DNA from: Escherichia phage ZCEC14
DNA: 64,000 nt
Sequence record: OP168898.1
Strand: one strand, 5' to 3'
Part shown: one piece after another, positions 45,806-54,649 of the stretch
Position numbering within the stretch: the stretch's first letter is position 1
Layout: every line of letters starts with the position of its first letter
Position numbers and translations under genes: made by a program
Notes under the pieces: generated by a model
Database searches by the model: none
What the model saw: the letters and a program-made list of their open reading frames with translations, nothing else
What the model was told of the DNA's origin: nothing

Positions 45806-46774
45806 ATGAAAACTGTAACTATCAATAAGGGTATCTACTTCGGTAAAGAAATCTCTGGAACTTTTGAGCTCTTAGGCGAATGGTTCCCAGATAATGCTCC
45901 GGTAGATGCACAAGGAGATGGTAAAGTTTTTGTTGAAATTGACGGTAAACGTCGCGGTGTTTGGGTTTACAAATCAGATATTTCATATGATGGTGTAAAA
46001 GTTGAAGAAGTTAAAGAATCATATGAAGATATGAAAACCCGCATTAATAAAAGATTTAATGTTATGGGAATGATGACGAATGGTATTATTAATGGAAATA
46101 TTCGTTCATTGATTATCTCTGGCGCAGCAGGTATTGGTAAAACGTATTCTTTAGATAAAGCTTTAAATAAAGCAAATGATAATGGATACATTGAATATAA
46201 AAGCATTAACGGTAAAATCTCTGGTATTGGTCTTTATGAACAGCTTTGGAATAATCGTGAAGAGAATTCTGTCCTTTTGATTGATGATGTGGATGTTTTC
46301 TCTGATATGGACATTCTTAATCTTCTAAAAGCTGCTCTGGACACTGGAGAGACCCGTAAAGTCTGCTGGAGCACTGCATCTTCTTACTTAGAAGAAAAAG
46401 GCATTGACCGTGAGTTTGAATTTAAAGGAACGATTGTTTTTATCACAAACGTTGACATTGACCGCGAATTAGACCGTGGTACTAAACTTGCTCCACATTT
46501 ACAAGCATTAGTGTCCCGCTCAGTTTATTTAGATTTGGGTGTTCACACTAATGAAGAAATTATGGTCAGGGTTGAAGATGTTATTCTTTCAACTGACATG
46601 ATGCAAAAGCGCGGTCTTTCTGATGAAGAAACTTATAAAGCATTATCATGGATGAAAGTTAATGTTAATCGTTTACGCAATGTTTCACTGCGTACTGCTC
46701 TTTATCTTGCTGACTTTATTATGACCGACAAAAACGGTTGGGAAGAAATTGCTGAGGTTACTCTTCTGAAATAA
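45806..46774 (+). CDS. P-loop ATPase (AAA-like), about 322 aa
   Basis: Walker A GAAGIGKTYS and Walker B VLLIDDVDVF; ATG 45806 after cassette RBS. Confidence 0.6.
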   Translation: MKTVTINKGIYFGKEISGTFELLGEWFPDNAPVDAQGDGKVFVEIDGKRRGVWVYKSDISYDGVKVEEVKESYEDMKTRINKRFNVMGMMTNGIINGNIRSLIISGAAGIGKTYSLDKALNKANDNGYIEYKSINGKISGIGLYEQLWNNREENSVLLIDDVDVFSDMDILNLLKAALDTGETRKVCWSTASSYLEEKGIDREFEFKGTIVFITNVDIDRELDRGTKLAPHLQALVSRSVYLDLGVHTNEEIMVRVEDVILSTDMMQKRGLSDEETYKALSWMKVNVNRLRNVSLRTALYLADFIMTDKNGWEEIAEVTLLK

Positions 46775-46875
46775 TTCATAAGAGGACTTCTATGACAAAA
46801 AGGCAGTTCAGAAATAGATTATATGGACTGCCATTAAAAAGATGACTAGAATTAAACTGGTGAATGGAGGTAGTG

Positions 46876-47178
46876 ATGTTATACTCAAAGGCTCGTGAAA
46901 TTTACGAAACTAAAATTAAAGAAGCAGTATTTCAGTTCGCAACGACAATGCGATGGACAAATGACTGGGAGTATTCAAAAAATCATAAGAAGCCCATGGT
47001 GACAAGAAAGGCTCATATGTTGGTGTTAATAGACCGTGAGCAGATTAAAGCCCGAGAAGCCCTCCAGAATCATAAAAAGGCTGCCTTTGAATGGTTTATG
47101 GATAACACTGCTCCTGAGACTAAGAAAGCAGTAAGCGCATGGTTCAGTGGAAAAAATTGTGAAAGAAGTTTCTTTTAG
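46876..47178 (+). CDS. Hypothetical protein (about 100 aa)
   Basis: ATG 46876 five nt after GGAGG; alternative ATG 46864. Confidence 0.5.
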   Translation: MLYSKAREIYETKIKEAVFQFATTMRWTNDWEYSKNHKKPMVTRKAHMLVLIDREQIKAREALQNHKKAAFEWFMDNTAPETKKAVSAWFSGKNCERSFF

Positions 47179-47180
47179 TG

Positions 47181-47211
47181 GTTTACAAGACTGTTCCTCT
47201 GTGGTACTATA
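47181..47211 (+). promoter_or_regulatory. T4-type early promoter
   Basis: GTTTACA 47181-47187, GGTACTATACAACTATCAACTAC module, RBS GGAGGAACAGAAAATG. Confidence 0.6.
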
Positions 47212-47238
47212 CAACTATCAACTACGGAGGAACAGAAA

Positions 47239-47766
47239 ATGAACGCTAAAGATATTTTCAACTTGGTAAATTACAACGATGGCAAATTTAAATCTGAAGC
47301 GCAAAGCAAGTTCTTTAACGACATCTCAATCGGAGGTGAAATCACTGTTGATGGAGGACAAATTTACAAATCCCGTTGGAATTGGATCGTTATTATTGAT
47401 GAGATCGGTATTGTAGAAATTTACAAGAATACGAATAAAAATCGTACATTACACTGGTCTCGTGATACTAACGAACAGTACAAAAAGGATAAAGCATCTA
47501 AAATGTCTCGTGTAACTCAAGAAGATATTGAGTTCATCAAGAAAGATATTTTAATGTATGATAACTTAATTGCTGAAGAGCAAGCTGTTATTGATAAATT
47601 TGACGAGATTAAAGCTTCTCGTGAAATTCCTGATTTTATGAAAGAATCAGTAAATGAACGATACTCTCTCATTTCAGAGCGTATTGAAACTTACAAAAAG
47701 CAAAGAGCTGAACGCCAAAATACTCTTCGGAAGTTTGAAGAACGGTTAAAGACGGTACTCGCATAA
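47239..47766 (+). CDS. Hypothetical protein with C-terminal coiled coil (175 aa)
   Basis: ORF directly after early promoter. Confidence 0.55.
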   Translation: MNAKDIFNLVNYNDGKFKSEAQSKFFNDISIGGEITVDGGQIYKSRWNWIVIIDEIGIVEIYKNTNKNRTLHWSRDTNEQYKKDKASKMSRVTQEDIEFIKKDILMYDNLIAEEQAVIDKFDEIKASREIPDFMKESVNERYSLISERIETYKKQRAERQNTLRKFEERLKTVLA

Positions 47767-47821
47767 CCGCTTTATACCAAGGATGGTATAATGGTTCTAA
47801 GCCCTTTTAATTGAGATTATT

Positions 47822-48229
47822 ATGAAACGGTTGATAATTAAAAGATTGAATTTATTGATATGTTGTTTATGTATAGTAGTTGCATATGGTTATTACGCAA
47901 TTAATGATTATATGCATTATAAAGATTATGATGTTACTGTAGTTAATACTATTACAGGAACTCAAGGAAAAGGGTCTAGTTTATCGTTTATTGCCGTATA
48001 TGAACTCAAAGACGGTTATAGATTTAGTGAATATATTTCCCCAGAGATGTATTCTTCAATAGAAAAAGGTGATAATATTACTGTAAGTTTACGTCCTTTC
48101 GACGTAAAACAGACACTGTTTGATAATATTGTTTGGTTCTTTGGGATGGTATTAGTTCAATCCGTGTGTGGCGCTTATGTAGTTTGTTCAATCATATTCT
48201 GTGTATTTAGTAAAATTGAAATTGAGTGA
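47822..48229 (+). CDS. Membrane protein (135 aa)
   Basis: N- and C-terminal hydrophobic helices. Confidence 0.5.
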   Translation: MKRLIIKRLNLLICCLCIVVAYGYYAINDYMHYKDYDVTVVNTITGTQGKGSSLSFIAVYELKDGYRFSEYISPEMYSSIEKGDNITVSLRPFDVKQTLFDNIVWFFGMVLVQSVCGAYVVCSIIFCVFSKIEIE

Positions 48230-48236
48230 GGAAAAT

Positions 48237-49127
48237 ATGTCAGTAGTAATTAATAATGTCAATGCAGTAATTAAATCTTTAGTTAATAAAAAAATGATGA
48301 ATGAATGGACTGTACTTCGTCGTGGAGAGCCAGATAAATTTTTTCATAGATTTAACCCAACTTTGGATTTGAATGTTATTGATAAAGATGTTCATGCCGA
48401 AATTTTAGATAAGTTTAAAGTTGATATTGGATTTGGATTAGAAAAACATTTACAGCGAACAAATGGATCTGGAATGAGTTTATCTAATCGCATTATGAAA
48501 GCCCTTAATAAAATTGGAGCATTGTCTCGTATTAACGCGAGTGAAATCCTTCGTAATTATAATAAAGGATACGACCTTTATGGTCGACTAATGCCGAAAT
48601 TATCATTTGACCAAATGATCGCAGATTTGTGGGAAAATCAACGACGATTATTAGCATTAGGCGCTCGATTAGCTAAAGGTCTAGATAAACAAATGATTTT
48701 TAAGACCAATAATACAGAAGACCTTAAATGCTTTAAATTTAGTACTCGTGGAGATGATTATTACGTCAGAGCTCACTCTACAGATTATGTTAATATGGGG
48801 CATCATCTCTGTTTAGCTTTTGAAGTTTTAAAAGAAGCTGGAACATTAGAATATTCATCTGGTGCTAAATGTCCGATTGGTTCAAATTGCATTTTAATTT
48901 ATCGCCCAGATGAATCCAGTTCATCTAAATTACCTACAAAACCTGTACCAGTTCGTAGTAACGAAAAACATTCTGAACAAATTGCTTATTTTAATAAGCA
49001 GATTGAAGAGCTAAATATTTCTATTCAGCAATATGATGATGAAATTTTCAGACTATCTGGATTGAGTAGTAAAGCTAAATCTGAGCGTGAAAAGTTAATT
49101 AAAATTGTCGATTTACTTAAATCTTAA
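48237..49127 (+). CDS. Paralog family protein 1 with C-terminal coiled coil (296 aa)
   Basis: ATG 48237 with RBS GAGGAAAAT; C-terminal heptad region; similarity to next three ORFs. Confidence 0.55.
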   Translation: MSVVINNVNAVIKSLVNKKMMNEWTVLRRGEPDKFFHRFNPTLDLNVIDKDVHAEILDKFKVDIGFGLEKHLQRTNGSGMSLSNRIMKALNKIGALSRINASEILRNYNKGYDLYGRLMPKLSFDQMIADLWENQRRLLALGARLAKGLDKQMIFKTNNTEDLKCFKFSTRGDDYYVRAHSTDYVNMGHHLCLAFEVLKEAGTLEYSSGAKCPIGSNCILIYRPDESSSSKLPTKPVPVRSNEKHSEQIAYFNKQIEELNISIQQYDDEIFRLSGLSSKAKSEREKLIKIVDLLKS

Positions 49128-49135
49128 GGAACACC

Positions 49136-50158
49136 ATGAAAACTCGTTCTCAAATTGAAGATATGGTTCGTAATGCCAGCTATACCCGTGATGTTATGAC
49201 ATTTTTGTGTGAAAATAATTTAGACCCTGATAAAGTTAATCGTGTTATTCATCACTTTAAGTATACGAATAGCAGTGAATGGGTGCGTAATTTTAGTAAA
49301 GCAGGGTATATTACACAAATGACTGCTCGTGAACAGCTCACCGATTTCTGTAAAACTATTGATTATAAAAATCCTTTGATTGTTCAAGGCGTTGGTCAAA
49401 GTAAGGTCGATTTATCATCTGGATTTTTCAATCCAAATCATTATCGTATTGAATGGAGATTTATTGCTCTGTTCCGTAGACAATTAAAGCAAATTTTGTC
49501 TACTGCTAGTCGATTAAAAGGCTCTGATATTAACTTAAAGAATCTGAAATTTGATGGTTATACTCTTCAGATGGAAGTAAGACCGTTAAAAGAAAATAAT
49601 AGAACTGCGCGAATTAGCTTTAAACCTAATACAAAAAATTCTCTTTCAATTTGTGAATGCCTTAAATCGCAGTTGACAGAAGCATTTAAGTATATGGATG
49701 TTGTTGCTGCTGTTCAATCTAAGATTTTACCTCGTTTTGAGCGAAATTGGGAACATACAACAACATATGAACTTGATATGATCGTTTCATTTAAATACGA
49801 TTTTTTGAGAAAGGACGAAGTCACACAAGAGAAAAAGCAGGAAGTGCAAGATAACTTAAATTTATCCAATTACTCATCAAACGATCCTAAATTTTGGATG
49901 TATAGTTCAGGTAATAAAGATGCATGGAAATTCAATAAAGTGAATTTTCTTCCTATTGAAAATCCGAGTCTTAAACCTGTTGAAAAATGGCATGCAGATG
50001 CGATTGAGAAGTCTATCAAGGCAGTAGATGATGAACTCGTTGAAGCAACTAATGAAGTGTTAGAAGCTGAAAAGGTGTTAGAAAAAGCTCAAGAAAAAGT
50101 CAAAAATCTCACGAAGCAACGTTCTAAACTGAACAATGCACTAAATGCACTGAACTAG
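49136..50158 (+). CDS. Paralog family protein 2 with C-terminal coiled coil (340 aa)
   Basis: Shares IEWRFIALFRRQLKQILSTASRL-type block with 50216 ORF; C-terminal coiled coil. Confidence 0.55.
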   Translation: MKTRSQIEDMVRNASYTRDVMTFLCENNLDPDKVNRVIHHFKYTNSSEWVRNFSKAGYITQMTAREQLTDFCKTIDYKNPLIVQGVGQSKVDLSSGFFNPNHYRIEWRFIALFRRQLKQILSTASRLKGSDINLKNLKFDGYTLQMEVRPLKENNRTARISFKPNTKNSLSICECLKSQLTEAFKYMDVVAAVQSKILPRFERNWEHTTTYELDMIVSFKYDFLRKDEVTQEKKQEVQDNLNLSNYSSNDPKFWMYSSGNKDAWKFNKVNFLPIENPSLKPVEKWHADAIEKSIKAVDDELVEATNEVLEAEKVLEKAQEKVKNLTKQRSKLNNALNALN

Positions 50159-50187
50159 TTTACTTTACCACAAGGATGTGGTATAAT
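50159..50187 (+). promoter_or_regulatory. T4-type early promoter
   Basis: GTTTAC 50159-50164, TGGTATAAT extended -10 at 50179-50187, RBS GAGGAGATTAATATG. Confidence 0.6.
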
Positions 50188-50215
50188 GTTCTTACTTTCT
50201 ACTGAGGAGATTAAT

Positions 50216-51217
50216 ATGACTCGTAACGAATATATCAAATCATTTAATAGCGTTATTGATGATAAAGTTAAACCTATGTCTAGTCAGAATAACGTTATTT
50301 CCATTATCAATCAATGGCTCAATAATATTGATGTAAGCATTGTTTCTTCCAGCAAATTTATTCATGAAGTTCATAAAATTTCTAGTCGCGAAGATAAAGG
50401 TGATATTAAGGAAACCTTTAAAGGTTCTCGTCTTCTTTCATATTTAGTTAATCAGGATATTCTTGGTAATTTTGGGAAAGAAATTAAACGAACCAAAGAT
50501 GTAGTAGGATATAATTGGTTTGGTGATGTTAATTCTTATCATCTTAATAATAAAGAAGACCCTGAGAATATTTTTACTCGTCGTTGGATTAGTAATTTCA
50601 GACTTTTCAAAAAGCAAATTCTAAAATCAGCTTCTAAATTATGCTATGGTGATTATCGTCAAATTCATCCTTGGGCTTCTGACATGATTATCATAAAAGA
50701 ATATGAACTTGATAAAAATAAAGCAGCTATTTTTGTGAATTATGGATTTTTTACACCAGAAGCTAATCAAAAGAACATTAATAAATTTTTCTCAATTGCT
50801 AGTGATATAACTCGTCAATTAGAGACTGCATTATTTTGTATGGAAACGGTAGAAAATATTCATACTTATCCTTTTAAGAATATGTGCGGCTGGGAAGGAT
50901 ATAAAATTGTAGTTAGTCTCCGTGAAGTAAAGTGCGCGTACTCACCGACTGATAAAGAAATTTACCAACAAAAATGTGATGAAATTGTGAATACTCCTAA
51001 AGAAGAAACTACCCTTGAGGAACTAATGGAATGTCTTGATGATTCACTTGAACCGGTAGAAATTCGTCCAGAAGTTATTGCACTAGAAAAAGCTTATAAA
51101 GAAGTTCTAGAAATTTCTAATAAAGCACAGAAAGAATATGAGCAGGCTAAAAGGATTTGGGAAGAATCTGTTAATCGCCTGGATCGTCTTGAACAAGCTT
51201 TACAGTTAATTAAGTAA
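50216..51217 (+). CDS. Paralog family protein 3 with C-terminal coiled coil (333 aa)
   Basis: RRWISNFRLFKKQILKSASKL block parallels 49136 ORF; ATG 50216. Confidence 0.55.
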   Translation: MTRNEYIKSFNSVIDDKVKPMSSQNNVISIINQWLNNIDVSIVSSSKFIHEVHKISSREDKGDIKETFKGSRLLSYLVNQDILGNFGKEIKRTKDVVGYNWFGDVNSYHLNNKEDPENIFTRRWISNFRLFKKQILKSASKLCYGDYRQIHPWASDMIIIKEYELDKNKAAIFVNYGFFTPEANQKNINKFFSIASDITRQLETALFCMETVENIHTYPFKNMCGWEGYKIVVSLREVKCAYSPTDKEIYQQKCDEIVNTPKEETTLEELMECLDDSLEPVEIRPEVIALEKAYKEVLEISNKAQKEYEQAKRIWEESVNRLDRLEQALQLIK

Positions 51218-51269
51218 TTTAAAGCCAAGGATGGCTCGGAGTATAAATCATTAACCAAGTGAGAAGAAC

Positions 51270-52199
51270 ATGAAAACTCGTAAACATTATATTGATTATT
51301 TTGATAGTCTTATTACTAAACACCGTAATTATCAGATTGGGCACAGAGCAGTAATCAATAATATTCTTCGTGATTTCTTTCAATATGTTGGCCAGGAAAA
51401 TCATATCTGTAAAGATACTCAAAACGCTTATTCTCATTCGTTAGGCAATTTGCTTGAATGGTTTAAACGTTCTCGTCTGTTATCTTCTACTGTAGCTAGT
51501 GATAACATTAAAAACTTTATGAAGCCGAGCTTCATTAAATCTGAGACATCTATAACCGATTTGGTTGAATTTACTATTGTTAACGATGTTAAAAAGACCC
51601 ATTTGGCTGATTGGTTATCTACCATTCCCGAAACTAAATTTGCTGATAAATTCGCTTGTCAATTCAATGACCAAGTGAATATGCTTTTTAAGCATGCTCG
51701 TAAACTATTTACCGCGGGCGATGACCGTACAAATACAGTTCATGTTAAGGATTGGGTTATTGCTGATGAAGTAACACACAAGCCAGGTGGTTCATCAGTA
51801 TTAATTAATATCCAGGTTCCTTATTATTACTCACGTAATCTCGGCACCATGACAGCTAGAGAAATTAATAAGCACAACAAAATTATTCGTTCGTTGTCTT
51901 ATAAACTCTGCACGATGGTGGAGATGATGGACGTAGTGGAAATGTATGACGAAACCGAAGATAATGGTTCAATGCTGTACAGTTCACGCATTCTAATTAA
52001 ACTGAAGAACCCTAATACATATAAGCAAGTTGTAAAAGAACCTAAAGTAGAAAAGGTTGATAACTTGAGCGAAGAACGTGAATATCTCAAATCTCGACTG
52101 GTTGAAGTTGAAGCCCAAATTGCAGAACACACCAAATTGTTAAAAGCTCTTAATGCAAAAGCAAATGGTTTACGTAATGCTATTGAGGTATTGAAATGA
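51270..52199 (+). CDS. Paralog family protein 4 with C-terminal coiled coil (309 aa)
   Basis: Similar N-terminal MKTRxxYIDxF and C-terminal coiled coil to 49136 ORF. Confidence 0.55.
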   Translation: MKTRKHYIDYFDSLITKHRNYQIGHRAVINNILRDFFQYVGQENHICKDTQNAYSHSLGNLLEWFKRSRLLSSTVASDNIKNFMKPSFIKSETSITDLVEFTIVNDVKKTHLADWLSTIPETKFADKFACQFNDQVNMLFKHARKLFTAGDDRTNTVHVKDWVIADEVTHKPGGSSVLINIQVPYYYSRNLGTMTAREINKHNKIIRSLSYKLCTMVEMMDVVEMYDETEDNGSMLYSSRILIKLKNPNTYKQVVKEPKVEKVDNLSEEREYLKSRLVEVEAQIAEHTKLLKALNAKANGLRNAIEVLK

Positions 52200-52510
52200 A
52201 AAAGCGTCTATTAGAAGACATTGCAGCTTCAAGTAATTCTAGTCTAATTAAAATTATTATGGCTGGTGAAGAAGACGATTTGGAAATGCGTGGAAAGATT
52301 CATGGTTGTGATGATTATAGCAGCCCTATTAATTGGGATTCTGTAATGGTCATGGTTGAACGCCGCGAACGTGCTTCTAAAAACGTTCCTAATTGCCCTG
52401 AATGTGGAACTGAACAGGTCCAATTGATCCATTGGCAGACTAATAATCTTCGTTATAAATGTCGCCATTGTAAACACCGATTTGACCGAGAAGAAAATGA
52501 CAAAGCGTAA
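52196..52510 (+). CDS. Zinc-ribbon protein (104 aa)
   Basis: CPECG...CRHCKHRF four-Cys motif. Confidence 0.5.
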   Translation: MKKRLLEDIAASSNSSLIKIIMAGEEDDLEMRGKIHGCDDYSSPINWDSVMVMVERRERASKNVPNCPECGTEQVQLIHWQTNNLRYKCRHCKHRFDREENDKA

Positions 52511-52739
52511 AGAATATATGGAAACTGCTGAAAAGGCAGTCCGTGAATTAGCAATAGCTTATTATAATGAACATGGTAAATTTCCTGATAGATACAGCGT
52601 GCTTAAATCTGCTTTAACTCGTTCATATAAAAATATGCTATCAGAAGTAAGTGATATTATATACAAACATAAAGAACAAACGGGCCAAAGTCTTGATTAC
52701 GACGAGACTTTTAAACGAGTACTAGGAATTAAGGAATAA
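52497..52739 (+). CDS. Hypothetical protein (about 80 aa)
   Basis: ATG 52497 (ORF-track start 52482 is TTG); overlaps upstream ORF end. Confidence 0.45.
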   Translation: MTKRKEYMETAEKAVRELAIAYYNEHGKFPDRYSVLKSALTRSYKNMLSEVSDIIYKHKEQTGQSLDYDETFKRVLGIKE

Positions 52740-52740
52740 T

Positions 52741-53004
52741 ATGTTTAAAGTATATGGTTATGATAGCAACATTCATAAATGCGTGTATTGTGATAATGCA
52801 AAACGTCTTTTGACCGTGAAGAAACAGCCGTTTGAATTTATCAACATTATGCCGGAAAAAGGTGTTTTTGATGATGAGAAAATTGCTGAGCTTCTGACGA
52901 AACTAGGTCGTGATACTCAAATCGGTTTGACAATGCCACAAGTATTTGCTCCTGATGGAAGTCATATTGGTGGATTTGACCAATTACGGGAATACTTTAA
53001 ATGA
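52741..53004 (+). CDS. nrdC: Glutaredoxin/thioredoxin NrdC
   Basis: 87 aa as T4 NrdC; active-site VYCDNAKRL (CxxC-type) and thioredoxin fold. Confidence 0.85.
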   Translation: MFKVYGYDSNIHKCVYCDNAKRLLTVKKQPFEFINIMPEKGVFDDEKIAELLTKLGRDTQIGLTMPQVFAPDGSHIGGFDQLREYFK

Positions 53005-53216
53005 TGCTCGAAGGAACTGATTATATTCATGATTACCGCGGAAGCGCGGTATATGTAGGTGATGAGGTTGCAGTTTACTACGGGTATGGAACTTTGATGA
53101 CAGCCAAGGTTATTCAAATTAAAAATAACCGTGCTAAACTTGAAGTTTATTATTCTAATGGTGAAAAGTCTATTTCTAAATGGAAATATGGCGATTGTAT
53201 GGTCAAACTGGGGTAA
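53001..53216 (+). CDS. Hypothetical protein (71 aa)
   Basis: ATGA overlap with nrdC stop. Confidence 0.5.
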   Translation: MMLEGTDYIHDYRGSAVYVGDEVAVYYGYGTLMTAKVIQIKNNRAKLEVYYSNGEKSISKWKYGDCMVKLG

Positions 53217-53218
53217 AT

Positions 53219-53389
53219 ATGATTTACGATATTAGTGTATCAAGAACTCCATCAATGGTTACTATTCCAGCTGAAGAACTAGATCGTCTTCAGAAAATTG
53301 AAGAGCTTCTTTGGGAAATTGAATCTGATTTGCCATCAGGATTAGAATCCTGGATTGATTATGAAGAACTTAATAAGCTTCGGGGTTAA
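53219..53389 (+). CDS. Hypothetical small protein (56 aa)
   Basis: ATG 53219 after GGGGTAAAT RBS-like; ORF-track start 53180 is internal to the previous gene. Confidence 0.4.
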   Translation: MIYDISVSRTPSMVTIPAEELDRLQKIEELLWEIESDLPSGLESWIDYEELNKLRG

Positions 53390-53511
53390 ACCCTGGTGGG
53401 CGGCTAGATGGGAAACTGTAGAGCCAGAGCCGGAAGAACCGGTTTACACTGATGAAGAAACAGTATATAATGAACCAACGATAAATGACTTAATTGATAT
53501 GGAGATGGGAC

Positions 53512-53958
53512 ATGATTACAGTAGATAAGTGGTTTAGAATTAATCGTGCTGATACAGGACTGTGTAATTACTGGCCGGAACTTAGTGCAGGTGCTGTCTT
53601 TAAAGTTCGTGAACTTGCAAAAGAATGTGAAGATGATATAGAGCCTGATACTGGAATTATTGAAATTGAACTTTCTGATGGAAAGATTATTAATATCTAC
53701 GATAAGCCAATTACATATTGGTGTTTGTGGAATACTGAATCAGTCGAAAATGGCGAAATTGAAGAAGTTGTAGAGCGAACTAATCAAGTTGTTCAGAAGC
53801 CTAAAGCCGATTTTCAAGGTGAACGTATTTCATACGCATTAGCTAAATTAGCTGCACAAGAAAATAACGATGGCTATGAAGGAAATTTAATGCAAGCTGC
53901 CGCAGAGTACATTGAATGGCTTGAAACTCAAAATTCTTTTTCTGACAGGGCATTTTAA
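53512..53958 (+). CDS. Hypothetical acidic protein (148 aa)
   Basis: ATG 53512; ORF-track start 53494 is TTG. Confidence 0.5.
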   Translation: MITVDKWFRINRADTGLCNYWPELSAGAVFKVRELAKECEDDIEPDTGIIEIELSDGKIINIYDKPITYWCLWNTESVENGEIEEVVERTNQVVQKPKADFQGERISYALAKLAAQENNDGYEGNLMQAAAEYIEWLETQNSFSDRAF

Positions 53959-54134
53959 TGAAAACCGAATTGGTTTATACTGAAAAGTTAAATGGCGGTA
54001 AGGTTTGGAAACTTTTTATTAAAGGACATTCTACGGACCCTCATATGACTACTTGCGTAGGAATCTATTCTCGTCCTACTAAAAAGATGATTCGACAGTA
54101 TAAACGATTGCATCGAATGTTTTACAATACTTGA
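53958..54134 (+). CDS. Hypothetical small basic protein (58 aa)
   Basis: ATG 53958 overlapping upstream stop. Confidence 0.4.
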   Translation: MKTELVYTEKLNGGKVWKLFIKGHSTDPHMTTCVGIYSRPTKKMIRQYKRLHRMFYNT

Positions 54135-54175
54135 AAATAATAAATACCCTTATCTATTTAAGGTAAGGGTTTATT

Positions 54176-54649
54176 ATGTTATTGACTGGCAAATTATATA
54201 AAGAAGAAAAACAGAAATTTTATGATGCACAAAACGGTAAATGCTTAATTTGCCAACGAGAACTAAATCCTGATGTTCAAGCTAATCACCTCGACCATGA
54301 CCATGAATTAAATGGACCAAAAGCAGGAAAGGTGCGTGGATTGCTTTGTAATCTCTGCAATGCCGCAGAAGGTCAAATGAAACATAAATTTAATCGTTCT
54401 GGCTTAAAGGGACAAGGGGTTGATTATCTTGAATGGTTAGAAAATTTACTTACTTATTTAAAATCCGATTACACCCAAAATAATATTCACCCTAACTTTG
54501 TTGGAGATAAATCAAAGGAATTTTCTCGTTTAGGAAAAGAGGAAATGATGGCTGAGATGCTTCAAAGAGGATTTGAATATAATGAATCTGACACCAAAAC
54601 ACAGTTAATAGCTTCATTTAAGAAGCAGCTTAGAAAGAGTTTAAAATGA
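54176..54649 (+). CDS. 49: Endonuclease VII (Holliday junction resolvase)
   Basis: 157 aa as T4 gp49; Zn-binding CLICQ...CNLC and HLDHDHE catalytic motif. Confidence 0.9.
   Translation: MLLTGKLYKEEKQKFYDAQNGKCLICQRELNPDVQANHLDHDHELNGPKAGKVRGLLCNLCNAAEGQMKHKFNRSGLKGQGVDYLEWLENLLTYLKSDYTQNNIHPNFVGDKSKEFSRLGKEEMMAEMLQRGFEYNESDTKTQLIASFKKQLRKSLK

Noticed and set aside
53360-53528. Possible 56-aa ORF (MKNLISFGVKPWW...) overlapping the end of the 53219 ORF in another frame
   Set aside because: Below the length cutoff, no clear RBS, and it overlaps two better-supported frames.
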